Of a stretch of DNA of 64,000 nucleotides, positions 7,997 through 18,498 are shown piece by piece. Numbering within the stretch: the first letter of the stretch is position 1; each line of letters starts with the position of its first letter. Location: contig OY970325.1 of the NCBI GenBank assembly GCA_963717145.1, positions 4,672,001 to 4,736,000 on the forward strand, read 5' to 3'. The translations under genes and the position numbers were made by a program. Source of the DNA: an uncultured Armatimonadetes bacterium (lineage in GTDB: Bacteria > Armatimonadota > UBA5829 > DTJY01). The notes below the pieces were generated by a model. The model saw only the letters and a list, made by a program, of their open reading frames with translations. It made no database searches and was not told where the DNA came from.

Positions 7997-10454
7997 TTAC
8001 AGCCGCTTGTATGTCACCATCGCGGAGTCCGGCTGATTCGACAGGGTGATGAGCAGGCCGGTCTCCATCAACTCTTTGCCGGTGTGCGCCTCGCCCGAGA
8101 TGCTGTACTTCGCTTCGGGGTCGAGGCCACGGAACCTGAACCGCGCCGACTCGTAGATGCTGTTCGGCCGGCGGAACACCTGCACGACTCCTTCGCCGAT
8201 GTCCGGGCGGTCGAACTGCCAGGCCATCCAGACGTCGTTCTCCGGGCTAAAGGGTGTCAGCGGGTAGTAGTCGCCGGAGTAGTAGGGCGAGATGCTCTTC
8301 CACTCGCCGATGAGGCGGCGCGCCGCATCCCAGTCCGAATCACGCTTGCGCATGTCGTAGCACGCGTTGATATATGGGCAGATGTTGCTCCGGAAGCTGT
8401 ACGGCTCGAACTGGTTCACGCCCGTGCCGTATGCCGGAATCCACGAGGCGATGCCGTAGGTGTGGTTCTGCTGGCTCGTCGGCTCGAGCAGCCAGTCGCT
8501 CCTGAGAAGCGGGACAGCCCGCCGGAGCGTCTCGATGTCGTTCCGACGCCCGCCGGACGCGCAGGTGTCGATCAGCATGTTCGGATGCCGCCGCCGAAGC
8601 TCGTCCCAGTAGGCGAGGTAGCCGGTGACGTGGTGGTTCTCGGTGATCCCCTGCCGGTCCTCGGCGTCGTTCGCCCGCCAGTACGCGAGCGGGTCCATGT
8701 TGAAGTCCTGGCGGTAGAGATCGATTCCCTGCGACACGAGCAGTCCGTCGACGTGCTCCGTGAGCCACTCCCGCGCGTCGGGATTGCCCAGGTCGAGCAG
8801 CTTCTGCTCCCCGTCCTTGCCGAGCAGCCACTCCGGATGCGTGTCATAAAGCCACGTGTCCGGGCGTGACGCGCTCCGGCTCGAACCAGACGATCGATCT
8901 TCACGCCCTTCGCGTGCGCGTGATCGGTGATCGCACGCAGACCGCCGGGGAATCGCTTCGTATCGACCTCCCACGTGCCGGTGTTCGGCCAGCCGGTCTT
9001 GTTGATGTACCATCCCGCGTCCATCCACCAGTAGTCGATCGGCAGCTTCTCCTCGAGGTAGCGGTCGACGAAGAACTTCTGGCTCTCCTCGTCGGCGTGG
9101 ATCATCTCGCCGAACTGGTGCGAGCTGCACGCCGCCATGTGCGGCGCGGGGTAGCTTGCCGCCGGGCTGGGGCATGTTGTGCGCCATCATCCACCGCCGC
9201 CAGACGTTCTGCGAGCGGACGCAGTCGCCCTTCCAGAACTGCAGGACGACCAGCGGCGACCGGACCTCCTCGCCGGGATGCAGCTTGAGATGCGTCAGTT
9301 CCTGCCCGCCGACGACGCGCAGGCCGTTCGTCTGATCGCGAGTGAACTCGACGGCCCACTGGCCGGGCCAGCCGAGGACCGCGATCACTCCCTCGCCCGG
9401 CCACTCGATGTTGAAGTACGGCAGATCGCTGTTCGTCGGCCGCCCGCCGCCTGTGGTGATGCGCTTCGATGCGCCCGGACCGAGCGTATCCCTGAACGGC
9501 TGGTAGTCGGTCGGGATGCACGGGCTGCCGGTGTTGTGGTTGAGCGCGAACTCGCCCTCCGCGTTGCGCTCGAACGTCGACGTCGAGCGCCTGGATCTTC
9601 TCCAGGATCGGCGTGTCGGCGGCACCGGTGTTCTTGAAGTAGACCGTCCACTCCACCGTCGGGAAATCCTTGTACTCGACGCCGACGCACCGGACTTGCA
9701 GCTTCGTCGCCGGATCGGTCCACGTGATCGTCCGCTGCTCCCTGTTGGCATCGAGTTTCTTCGAGCTTCTCTCCATCTTCCAGGTCTTCAGCAGCTCAGC
9801 GGACGGCTTGCCTCCGTAGACGAACGAGAACGGCGGATCGGTCGAGTAGGTGCGCGCCCGATCTTCGATGATCGGCAGTTCGCCGAGCCAGACCTTCTCA
9901 CCGTTGGTCAGCGTAACCTGCGCATCGGCCCAGTCGGACTGATCGCACGAGATTCCGTCGCCCGCGTCGCCGACCTCCAGCGCGAACTCGGTCGCCCCGC
10001 CGAGGTCGATCGAGACCGGAACGCCGGGCATCCCCTCGCGCATCACGCCGGAGTTGAACCTCTCGCCGCCGCCGACTTTGACGACGAAGACCACGCTCCC
10101 TCGTCCGCCCGAGGTCTGCTCGTTGCTGTCGACGCCGACGACCGCGCTGAGAGTCTTGCCGGGACTCGGAAGCCGCACGATCACCTTGCTGACCGCGTGG
10201 CAATAGAGCCCGCGAGTGTACTGCTTCCCCGCGATCACCATCGGCTTCTCGTGGCGGCCGTTCCGCTGCACGGGATCGTTGTTCGCCAGCACCATCAGCC
10301 CCGGCTTCGCGGTCGGCGTCTCCACCTTGCCCTCGAACCGCGCGGACGTCCACAACCGGGCCTCCGACATCTCATCCGCGGTCGGTATCGCTGCACTGAG
10401 CGACGTTGCCATCATCAGCACCACCATTCCTGTAAGTATGCGATATGTCATCAT
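7997..10454 (-). CDS. Second GH36-like alpha-galactosidase with NPCBM domain; four apparent +1 frameshifts (~9585, ~9145, ~8895, ~8862)
   Basis: Segments of ORFs 9102-10574, 7997-9751 and 8572-9138, plus IVWFEPERV in a third frame, join colinearly with the 4891-7410 paralog. Confidence 0.82.
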
Positions 10455-10482
10455 GTCTGCGCCTTCTGTCCTTCCAGGCTCT

Positions 10483-10546
10483 GTTATACACTCCCGCCGC
10501 ATCTTTGGCAAGCACCTTGACCGAGGGCCTCCCGAGACCGTATGAT
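10483..10546. promoter_or_regulatory. Back-to-back sigma70-type promoters
   Basis: Minus strand: TTGCCA-N17-TATAAC (10511-10483) towards the GH36 gene. Plus strand: TTGACC-N18-TATGAT (10517-10546), just upstream of ATG 10556. Confidence 0.6.
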
Positions 10547-10555
10547 AGACCCACC

Positions 10556-11698
10556 ATGTCGTCACTAGTTCCATCCACCATATCTCTTCTGATCAAGCCC
10601 GCGGGGCCTGACTGCAATCTCCGGTGCACATACTGCTTCTACCGCCAAAAATCGGGCATGTTTCCGGGGGCCAAAGAGCACCGCATGACCGACGAGACGC
10701 TCGTGCGGACGATCTACCAGGCGATGGACGCCGGGCGCGATTTCGCGATGTTCTCCTGGCAGGGCGGAGAGCCGACGCTCATGGGCCTCGACTTCTTCAA
10801 GCGCGCGGCTCAGCTTCAGGGCGAGAACCTGCACCAGGGCCAGATCGTCTCGAACGCCCTCCAGACCAACGGTACGCTGATCGACCGCAAGTGGGCCGAG
10901 TTCCTCAAGGAGTACAACTTCCTGGTCGGAGTGAGCCTCGACGGACCCTCCGGCATCCATGACCACTACCGCCGCGACGAGAACAAGTCGCCGACTCACG
11001 CACGCGTAATGCGTAACCTACAGACAATGCTCGATGTTGGCGTGGAGGTTAACATCCTGACGCTGCTCAACGAGAAGAACGTCAAGGAGCCGGACCGCGT
11101 GTATGAGTTCCTGCTCAAGACCGGCGTCAAGTACTTCCAGTTCGTGCCATGCGTCGAGCCCGGACCGGGCGGCAAGGCGGCGTTCTTCTCGATCACGCCC
11201 GAGGAGTACGGCGACTTCCTCTGCCGGCTCTTCGACCTCTGGCTCGACAGCTCGATGGACATCTCGATCCGCGACTTCGACGACCTGATGATGCTCTTCC
11301 AGGGTCAGCGCCCGAACACGTGCATCTGGGGCCCGAGGTGCGGCGGATACGTCGTCGTCGAGCACACCGGCGACGTATTCCCATGCGACTTCTTCGTGCT
11401 GCCGAAGTGGAAGCTCGGCAATGTGAACGAGACGACCCTCGCGGAGATCATGTACACGGAGAAGATCCGGGAGTTCGGCGACGAGAAGACGAAATACTCC
11501 GAGGAGTGCGCCGAGTGCGAGTGGCTAGGATTCTGCCACGGAGGATGCCTCAAGCATAGGCTGCTCATCGGATGCGCGTCGCCCGAGCAGACCTACTTCT
11601 GCAAGTCGTACAAGCAGCTTTTCGAACACAGCCGGTCGGTGCTGGACGAAATTCACGAGCAAGCCCCTGAACACAAACCGACCGTGGAGAACGTCTAA
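10556..11698 (+). CDS. Anaerobic sulfatase maturase (radical SAM/SPASM)
   Basis: LIKPAGPDCNLRCTYCFY, WQGGEPTL, QTNGTL, VFPCDFFV, CAECEWLGFCHGGCLKHR. Confidence 0.92.
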   Translation: MSSLVPSTISLLIKPAGPDCNLRCTYCFYRQKSGMFPGAKEHRMTDETLVRTIYQAMDAGRDFAMFSWQGGEPTLMGLDFFKRAAQLQGENLHQGQIVSNALQTNGTLIDRKWAEFLKEYNFLVGVSLDGPSGIHDHYRRDENKSPTHARVMRNLQTMLDVGVEVNILTLLNEKNVKEPDRVYEFLLKTGVKYFQFVPCVEPGPGGKAAFFSITPEEYGDFLCRLFDLWLDSSMDISIRDFDDLMMLFQGQRPNTCIWGPRCGGYVVVEHTGDVFPCDFFVLPKWKLGNVNETTLAEIMYTEKIREFGDEKTKYSEECAECEWLGFCHGGCLKHRLLIGCASPEQTYFCKSYKQLFEHSRSVLDEIHEQAPEHKPTVENV

Positions 11699-11741
11699 AC
11701 TTAGGTAGCAGTATGCCCCACCGTGCAAGGAGGTACGTTCG

Positions 11742-13529
11742 ATGACCCGTATTGCTTTCCGAGGGATACCCCGCGAGCACCTGATTGCTCTCGCCATCGC
11801 TCTTCTGGTCTCCGCCGTCTGTCTGCTGGTCTCCTGCGGGACGGCTGACGGCGCGGACCCGATGACGATCAAGCAGTATAGCCCCTTCGATGATCCGAAG
11901 CCCGCCATCCCACGGGAGATCCGCTCAGACAAGCGGCTCGATCAGAAGCTCCAGGTATTCGCGAAGAACATGGACCTCAGGGCGCTTCTGGGCGATCTGA
12001 GGTCCAAGACCGGCGTGAAGCTCTCCGTCGAGCCAAAGATAGCGTCCGAGCACCCGATCATCTTCTTCAAGAGCAAATCCCTTCGCGACGTAATGACGGA
12101 ACTGTCCGGCTTCTACGGATATACGTGGCGCGTGAAGGCTCAGGGATACGAGTTGTCCGAGGACGCAAAGCATGTGAACTTGCGCACGTCCCTGGTCAAG
12201 CAAGGCAGGCAGAAGCAGGATGCGCAGCTTCTCGACTTCACGCGGAAGTACCTCGCTGCCAAGCCCGAAGATGAGAACATCGTGAAGCTCTCCATGACCA
12301 ACAACATGTTGTACCAGATGCTTTTCGGTGCGACCGGCAAGTCTACCGCTGCAATACTCTCGAGCCTTGGCGAGGACACCCTTCGCCGCGCACTGACCGA
12401 CGGCGGCGTGAACATGGGCTTCTCGGAAGCGCCGGCGGCGTTCCAGACCGCGTTCTGCGACTGGTCGAACGCGATGATCGAGAGGGGCAGGAGATTTCGC
12501 GGAGGCGATCAGGCGATCACTGTGACGGTCATCGACCCGGCGGGCATGGCCGCGCAGAAGGTGTCGATCAGGCGCGCTGAAGCCGGCTCATCGAGCTTCC
12601 CCAGGTTCGAGTTCAGCGTCACAACCCCAAGTGGTAATCCCGTGACACTCCAGTGGCCGCCCTATCAACTCCGGTACGAGGAGCTGAGCCTCGTCGCGGG
12701 GTGGGACACGGACATGGGCACATCAACCGCACCCGTGCTTTCCAGCGACATCAGGATCAGCCCTGCGATTCCTCAGACCCGGCTCTGGCTCACGACGTCG
12801 GATATCCTTCAGGCCATCGCCGAACAGGCCCCGATGGACGTGATCGCCGACAACATCCAGCAGGAACAGCAGGGTCCGCTGATCGCAGGAGTCCCGCTCA
12901 GCGCGCTCGTCGAGCGACTGTGCAGAGACCAGCGATACTCCTGCCAGGTCGATGATTCCACCCTGCGCCTGCGTCTGACTCAGTGGTTCTCGCAGCCTCT
13001 CCTCGCGGAGGGCCCGACGAAACTGCTGGAAACCTGCTGGAAGGACCTCGAGAAGGACGGCAAGCTGTCCATGGCCGATCTTGTCGCGCTGGCGAGCTTG
13101 CCGCCCGATCAGATGCAGTTGCCCGAGGTCCGCAACTTGCCCGGCTCGAGAGAAGCGCTGCGGTCACCATCAGCGTTCAGGCTGTGGGCATCGTTGGTTG
13201 ATGCTAAGGTACCCGCAGAGGGCATGGCGGTCGCCGGTCTCTCTTCGGAACAGAAGAAGTTGCTCGACGCCTGGATCGCCACGGCACGGAGCCCGGTCGC
13301 TCCTGACAAGATAGCACGGGCGGTGCTGACGGTTACCACGGAAGTCAGCCAGAATTCCTACCGAGGCGGCACGATGGAGTACCAGCAGTTGAACCTGAAG
13401 GCAGGCGATGAGGTGCTGATGTCGAACCCGTTCTACCTGTCACCGCCTCTGAGCGACGACGACCGCAAGGCGATCATCGAGCAGCGCAAAGCTGAGCGCG
13501 AGGCCGACGTGATCAAGGTCCTGAACTAG
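11742..13529 (+). CDS. Exported hypothetical protein with STN/secretin-N-like segments
   Basis: AAGGAGG RBS, signal/lipobox LVSC; D.RLDQK...DLRALLGDLRSKTGVKL. Confidence 0.6.
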   Translation: MTRIAFRGIPREHLIALAIALLVSAVCLLVSCGTADGADPMTIKQYSPFDDPKPAIPREIRSDKRLDQKLQVFAKNMDLRALLGDLRSKTGVKLSVEPKIASEHPIIFFKSKSLRDVMTELSGFYGYTWRVKAQGYELSEDAKHVNLRTSLVKQGRQKQDAQLLDFTRKYLAAKPEDENIVKLSMTNNMLYQMLFGATGKSTAAILSSLGEDTLRRALTDGGVNMGFSEAPAAFQTAFCDWSNAMIERGRRFRGGDQAITVTVIDPAGMAAQKVSIRRAEAGSSSFPRFEFSVTTPSGNPVTLQWPPYQLRYEELSLVAGWDTDMGTSTAPVLSSDIRISPAIPQTRLWLTTSDILQAIAEQAPMDVIADNIQQEQQGPLIAGVPLSALVERLCRDQRYSCQVDDSTLRLRLTQWFSQPLLAEGPTKLLETCWKDLEKDGKLSMADLVALASLPPDQMQLPEVRNLPGSREALRSPSAFRLWASLVDAKVPAEGMAVAGLSSEQKKLLDAWIATARSPVAPDKIARAVLTVTTEVSQNSYRGGTMEYQQLNLKAGDEVLMSNPFYLSPPLSDDDRKAIIEQRKAEREADVIKVLN

Positions 13530-13545
13530 TCGTATATGTTTCTGT

Positions 13546-13611
13546 GTAGGGGCGAAGCATTGGCCCTTCGGACTGCGCTGACGTGTGGCAACAATCGCCA
13601 ATGCTTCGCCC
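13546..13611. repeat. REP-like family A copy
   Basis: GTAGGGGCGAAGCATTGGC...GCCAATGCTTCGCCC. Confidence 0.8.
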
Positions 13612-13618
13612 GGATTTC

Positions 13619-13656
13619 GAGTATGAGTATGAGTATGAGTATGAGTATGAGTAGGA
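13619..13656 (+). repeat. (GAGTAT)n hexamer microsatellite directly upstream of purN
   Basis: Five GAGTAT units then GAGTAGGAG, which merges into the RBS. Confidence 0.85.
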
Positions 13657-13660
13657 GCGG

Positions 13661-14284
13661 ATGATCAACATCGCTGTCATGATCTCCGGGCACGGCCGAG
13701 GGAGCAACATGCAGGCTATCATCGACGCCTGCAGGGACGGCCGCATCGACGGCCGGGTCGCCATCGTCATCGGCACAAGGGACGATGCGCCCGCCATGCA
13801 GCGCGCCCGTGACAACGGCGTGACGGCGGTCGAGGTGCGCCCAAAAGCATTCGAGACCGACGAGGGATACGGGGGCGCGCTCCTCGACGTCCTCGCCGAT
13901 CACGAGGTCGATCTCATCTGCCTCGCGGGTTACATGCGCATCCTCCCCGGCAGCGTCATCAGCGGCTACCGGTCGCGGGTCATGAACATCCATCCCGCGC
14001 TGATCCCGCTCTTCTGCGGCAAGGGTATGTTCGGCGAGCACGTTCATCAGGCGGTGATCGACTCTGGCATGAAGGTCACCGGCGTGACCGTCCACTTCGT
14101 CGATGAGCAGTACGACACCGGCCCGATCATCCTCCAGAAGTGCGTCCCGGTCGAGGAGGGCGACACAGCCGAGACCCTCGCCGCCCGAGTGCTCGTCCAG
14201 GAGCACAACGCGTACCCCGAAGCCATCCAGCTCTTCGCCCAGTCCCGACTCAAAGTCGAGGGACGCATAGTCCAGATCCGGTGA
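13661..14284 (+). CDS. purN: Phosphoribosylglycinamide formyltransferase
   Basis: IAVMISGHGRGSNMQAII, LAGYMRIL, NIHPAL, GVTVHFVDEQYDTGPIILQ. Confidence 0.96.
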   Translation: MINIAVMISGHGRGSNMQAIIDACRDGRIDGRVAIVIGTRDDAPAMQRARDNGVTAVEVRPKAFETDEGYGGALLDVLADHEVDLICLAGYMRILPGSVISGYRSRVMNIHPALIPLFCGKGMFGEHVHQAVIDSGMKVTGVTVHFVDEQYDTGPIILQKCVPVEEGDTAETLAARVLVQEHNAYPEAIQLFAQSRLKVEGRIVQIR

Positions 14285-14294
14285 GGTCATATCC

Positions 14295-15164
14295 ATGAAC
14301 GTATGGCGCGTCGAAACCCTCAGGTGGCGGATCATGGCAGTCATCGGGTTGGGATTCGGAGCCTTCGCCCTGACTCTGGCCGGCTGGAGTATCGCCGACT
14401 TCTACTTCCATTCGGCGATGCTTTGGCCTGCTGTCGGCCTGATCGGTGCCGGAGTAGGCGGAGTTCTACTGCTTTGGATCCGCATGGTCAGATCCGGTCG
14501 CAACGGGCTGATCTGGGCGGCACATTGGCTACTCGGTTGGTTCTACCTTTTGCCGCTGGCAATTCCGCTGTTCGCCCTGATGGTCTTTGCTTCCCTCCTG
14601 CCGATTGCGGCCTCGCAGATCCTGGTGGGCTACGGCGCATGGAGGGATTCCAAGCAATCTGAGTCTGTATCTGCTTCTCGATCCCTTGGCCTACCGATGA
14701 TAGCAGTCCACGCTCTGACCTCCATCGTGGTGCTCGTCATGTTTCTCTCCGGCTTTCGTGTGGAAGGTATGGCGTGGCCCAGCCATCGGACTTGTCTCTG
14801 GGAAGTATCGAGGGCATCGTCCGTCCGGTTCCCACAAAGCGCCAGGCTCGTCAATGGGTATGCCAACTTCGACGCTATGAGCAGCATGCTCCTGGCGAAG
14901 GTGGAGATTGACCGCGTCGATGTTAAGGAGTTCATCCGATCGCTTCCGCCGTCTTGGGGCGACAAACCGAGTGCTGATGCGAGTGACCTCCGCCGTGGAA
15001 ACGGGCCCGCTGGTGACTTTGTCTACCCCAAGTGGTTCACGCCGCCGCATCAGAAGTGTGAGGTCTTTCATCCAGGCGTTCTGCAATGGGACTCAACGAA
15101 CGTCCTAGTGACCCTTGATGATCCCAAACGGGCGATAGTGTACGTCTACTGCTACGAGGACTGA
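14295..15164 (+). CDS. Hypothetical membrane protein
   Basis: GAGGT RBS; several TM helices followed by a soluble C-terminal domain. Confidence 0.6.
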   Translation: MNVWRVETLRWRIMAVIGLGFGAFALTLAGWSIADFYFHSAMLWPAVGLIGAGVGGVLLLWIRMVRSGRNGLIWAAHWLLGWFYLLPLAIPLFALMVFASLLPIAASQILVGYGAWRDSKQSESVSASRSLGLPMIAVHALTSIVVLVMFLSGFRVEGMAWPSHRTCLWEVSRASSVRFPQSARLVNGYANFDAMSSMLLAKVEIDRVDVKEFIRSLPPSWGDKPSADASDLRRGNGPAGDFVYPKWFTPPHQKCEVFHPGVLQWDSTNVLVTLDDPKRAIVYVYCYED

Positions 15165-15193
15165 ACCGCCAGTGTAATCGTTTTCATTACCCC

Positions 15194-15379
15194 TTTACGA
15201 ACGCGGGCCGTTTGTGGTATCATGTCCTCCGGTTGATAGTCGTGCAAGCACCGTATGAGGAACGCCCCCCTTTCCGTGGAGGCAGTCCCGCGCCCGGAAC
15301 CGAACCTTATCGTCATTGCTATTGACTGATTCATTGTCGCCACGACGCGGGCATTTCGGGCCGCGTCGATTTATTGTGT
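15194..15379 (+). promoter_or_regulatory. Putative glmS promoter and structured leader ending in a terminator-like hairpin
   Basis: TTTACG-N18-TATCAT with TG extension; 15232-15240 can pair with 15318-15326; GC stem 15343-15350/15361-15368 followed by ATTTATT. Confidence 0.4.
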
Positions 15380-15400
15380 CAGGCGGCAGAAGTTTACTAA

Positions 15401-15555
15401 AACAGAGAACACAGAGGCACAGAAGGAAGACGGAAACACAGAAGAGACTGACTGAGACATTAGACCTTAGACTTTGGGTCTGGAGTCTGAAGTCCAAGGT
15501 CTAATGTCTAACAGCAATCCGGTGTTTCCTCTCCCTTCCGTGCTTCCGTGTTCTA
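15401..15555. repeat. Imperfect palindromic element in the glmS leader
   Basis: Outer arms AGAACACAGAGGCACAGAAGG / CCTTCCGTGCTTCCGTGTTCT; inner arms GACATTAGACCTT / AAGGTCTAATGTC. Confidence 0.6.
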
Positions 15556-15578
15556 AGAAAGAACCGAGGGACATTTCA

Positions 15579-17400
15579 ATGTGTGGAATCGTTGGATTCG
15601 TAGGAAGCAGGAACTGCGTCGAGTCGCTGCTTGACCAGTTGTCGAAACTCGAGTACCGTGGATACGACTCAGCCGGCGTGGCCGTAGTAGATGGCGGCTC
15701 GCTCAATGTGGTTAAGTCGGTCGGCAAGATCAAGAACCTCAAGGCCATCACAGCCGACATGAAGGGTACGCTCGGGATATGTCACACCCGCTGGGCGACC
15801 CATGGAGCGCCTTCGACCCCCAATTCGCATCCCCATACGAGCTGCGACGGGAACATCGCGGTCGTTCACAACGGCATCGTCGAGAACTACCTCGACCTCA
15901 GGGCCGACCTGATCAAGCAGGGCCACGTCTTCAAGTCCGAGACCGACACAGAGGTCATCGCGCACCTGATCGAGAAGCACTTCAAGGGCGACCTCCTCGA
16001 GGCGGTTCGGAGCGCCGTCAAGGAGATCGAGGGATCGTATGCGATCGGCGTCATCAGCAAGGACAACCCGGGCGTATTCAGTTGCCGCGCGCAAGGACAG
16101 CCCGCTGATCCTGGGCGTCGGTGAGGGCGAGAACTACATCGCATCCGACATCCCCGCGCTGCTCGGCCACACGCGTTTCTTCAAGGTGCTCGAGGACGGC
16201 GACATGGCCGTGTTGACGAAGGACGGCATCACGCTGACCTCCGTGAGCGGCGCGCCGGTCGAGCGCGAGACACTCGAGATCACGTGGGACGCCGGAGCTG
16301 CCGAAAAGGGCGGCTACGAGCACTTCATGATCAAGGAGATCCACGAGCAGCCCGCCATCATCAAGGATGCCCTCCGCGGCCGGCTGACCGCCGACGATAC
16401 GGTCAACCTCGAGGAGATGAAGCTCACCCCCGAGCAGATTCGCAACTTCAACCGCATCTACATCGTAGCGTGCGGCACTGCATACTACGCCGGCTGCGTC
16501 GGCAAGTACTTCTTCGAGAAGGTACTCGGCGTCCCGGTGGAGGTCGATCTGGCGTCCGAGTTCCGATACCGAGGCCCGATCCTCGACGACAAGAGCCTGG
16601 TCATCGCGATCAGCCAGTCCGGTGAGACCGCCGACACCCTGGCCGCGATCCGCCTCGCCAAGAAGCACGGCTCGACCACCGCGACGGTCGTCAACGTCGT
16701 CGGAAGCTCGCTCTACCGGGAGTGCGACAGCATCCTTCACACGAAGGCCGGCCCTGAGATCTGCGTCGCCTCGACGAAGGCGTACATCACCCAGATCATC
16801 GGCCTCTACGTCATGGGCATCTTCCTGGCGCGCGCCAGGGGCACGATGACCGCCGAGATGGAGAAGGAATACGTACAGGAGCTTCGCAAGCTTCCCGAGC
16901 TGGCCGCCGAAGCCATGAAGACCGAGGAGCAGATCAAGGAGATCGCCAAAGCGCTCTCCAAGAAGGAGCATGCGTACTTCCTCGGACGCGGACTCGACTA
17001 TGCCGTCGGCCTCGAGGGCGCTCTGAAGCTCAAGGAGATATCATATATCCACGCGGAGGCCTACGCCGCTGGTGAGATGAAGCACGGCCCGCTCGCCCTG
17101 ATCACCAAGGACACGTGGATCATCGTTCCGGTGACTCAGGACCATGTCCGTGAGAAGACCATCTCGAACATCAAGGAGATGCAGGCCAGAGGCGCGACCA
17201 TCCTGGCGCTGCTCAAGGAAGGCGATCCCGACCTGAGCGAGGTAGTGGACTACGTCGTCTGGATCCCGAAGATGAACGACCTGTTCATGCCGGTGCCGAC
17301 GATGATCCCGCTGCAGTTGCTCTCGTACTGGACCTCCCAGATCCTCAACCGCGAGATCGACCAGCCGCGGAACCTCGCCAAGAGCGTGACTGTAGAGTAA
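15579..17400 (+). CDS. glmS: Glutamine--fructose-6-phosphate transaminase; one apparent +1 frameshift near 16080
   Basis: MCGIVG, LEYRGYDSAG, HTRWATHG; then ISQSGETADT, ALKLKEISYIHAE, DQPRNLAKSVTVE. Confidence 0.96.
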
Positions 17401-17412
17401 GTGCGCTTTGTC

Positions 17413-17444
17413 GATGCCCTGACGACTCCCGTCGTCAGGGCATC
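17413..17444. terminator. Strong hairpin after glmS
   Basis: GATGCCCTGACGAC-TCCC-GTCGTCAGGGCATC; no clear U-tract. Confidence 0.45.
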
Positions 17445-17447
17445 CGA

Positions 17448-17530
17448 TGAAACTCGTTGGGGATGGAGTTGGACTCCATCCCCGTTAAGCCTTGGGGGAT
17501 GGAGTCCAACTCCATCCCCAACGAGTTTCA
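17448..17530. repeat. REP-like doublet, family C (intergenic copy)
   Basis: GGGGATGGAGTTGGACTCCATCCCC and its inverse. Confidence 0.88.
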
Positions 17531-17554
17531 GGGCAGATGGGGACACCGACTGCC

Positions 17555-18442
17555 ATGAACGCATTCCTGATCCTGAACCCTACCGCCGGTCAGAGGAAAC
17601 CCTCGGATACCCGCGAGCAGGTTGAGCGGGCGCTTCGCGAGTGCGCCCTGGAATGCGAGATCGCGACGACCGAGAAAGCCGGCGACGGCACGGACCTCGC
17701 TCGGAGGGCGGTTGCCTCGGGATGCGACCTGGTGATCGCCGCAGGTGGTGACGGCACCGTCAACGAAGTCGCGGCCGGCCTCATAGGAACCGGCGTCCCC
17801 CTCGGAATCCTCCCACTCGGCACTGTGAACGTCCTCGCCCGTCAGCTTCGAATTCCCATGAAGACCCGTCAAGCCGCTCGCACGATCGCTGAGGGCAACG
17901 TCAGGCAGATCGACATCGGGCGCGCGAATGATCGGTACTTCACGCTAATGGCGGGGTTCGGCTTCGATGCCGAGGTCGTGGGGAACGTCCTCCAGCCGCT
18001 GAAGGATGTGATCGGCGCATCGGCCTATGTCATCAAGACGCTGGAGATGCTGACCAAGTACGAGGCCACCGAGGTGACGCTCGAGATGCCTCAGGAGACG
18101 TACACCGGCAAGGCGTATCTCGTGGTCGTGGCGAACTCACCGACCTATGCGCATAAGATGAGAATGGCCCCGTATGCCTCGACGGACGATGGCCTGCTCG
18201 ACGTGATCGTGTTCGAGCAGGCAGCCACCAAACGCATCGGGTTCCTCCGCCAGATACTGGAGGTTTTCATCCGCAGGCACGTCTACCACCGCGCCGTCCG
18301 CTGCTTCAAGACTCCGAAGGTGACAGTGCGCTCGACGCCCGATGTAATGGTCCAACTCGACGGCGACTCACATGGCACGACTCCGACCGAGGTCTCGATC
18401 ATCCCTCACGGCCTCCCGATCATAGTTCCGGAGAGAGGATAG
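17555..18442 (+). CDS. Diacylglycerol kinase family (YegS/BmrU-like) lipid kinase
   Basis: ILNPTAG, AGGDGTVNEV, LPLGTVN, GFGFDAEV, QLDGD. Confidence 0.92.
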   Translation: MNAFLILNPTAGQRKPSDTREQVERALRECALECEIATTEKAGDGTDLARRAVASGCDLVIAAGGDGTVNEVAAGLIGTGVPLGILPLGTVNVLARQLRIPMKTRQAARTIAEGNVRQIDIGRANDRYFTLMAGFGFDAEVVGNVLQPLKDVIGASAYVIKTLEMLTKYEATEVTLEMPQETYTGKAYLVVVANSPTYAHKMRMAPYASTDDGLLDVIVFEQAATKRIGFLRQILEVFIRRHVYHRAVRCFKTPKVTVRSTPDVMVQLDGDSHGTTPTEVSIIPHGLPIIVPERG

Positions 18443-18498
18443 GCGATGTCGCTGATGCACTCCCACACTCCCACACTCCCATACTCTCACACTCCCGC

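Noticed and set aside
7370-8869. Long antisense ORFs (also 38442-39899, 60152-61651, 23199-24617)
   Set aside because: Shadow ORFs opposite well-supported genes, typical of GC-rich DNA.
15230-15578. Canonical glmS ribozyme
   Set aside because: The conserved AGCGCC/GACGAG core was not found by eye.
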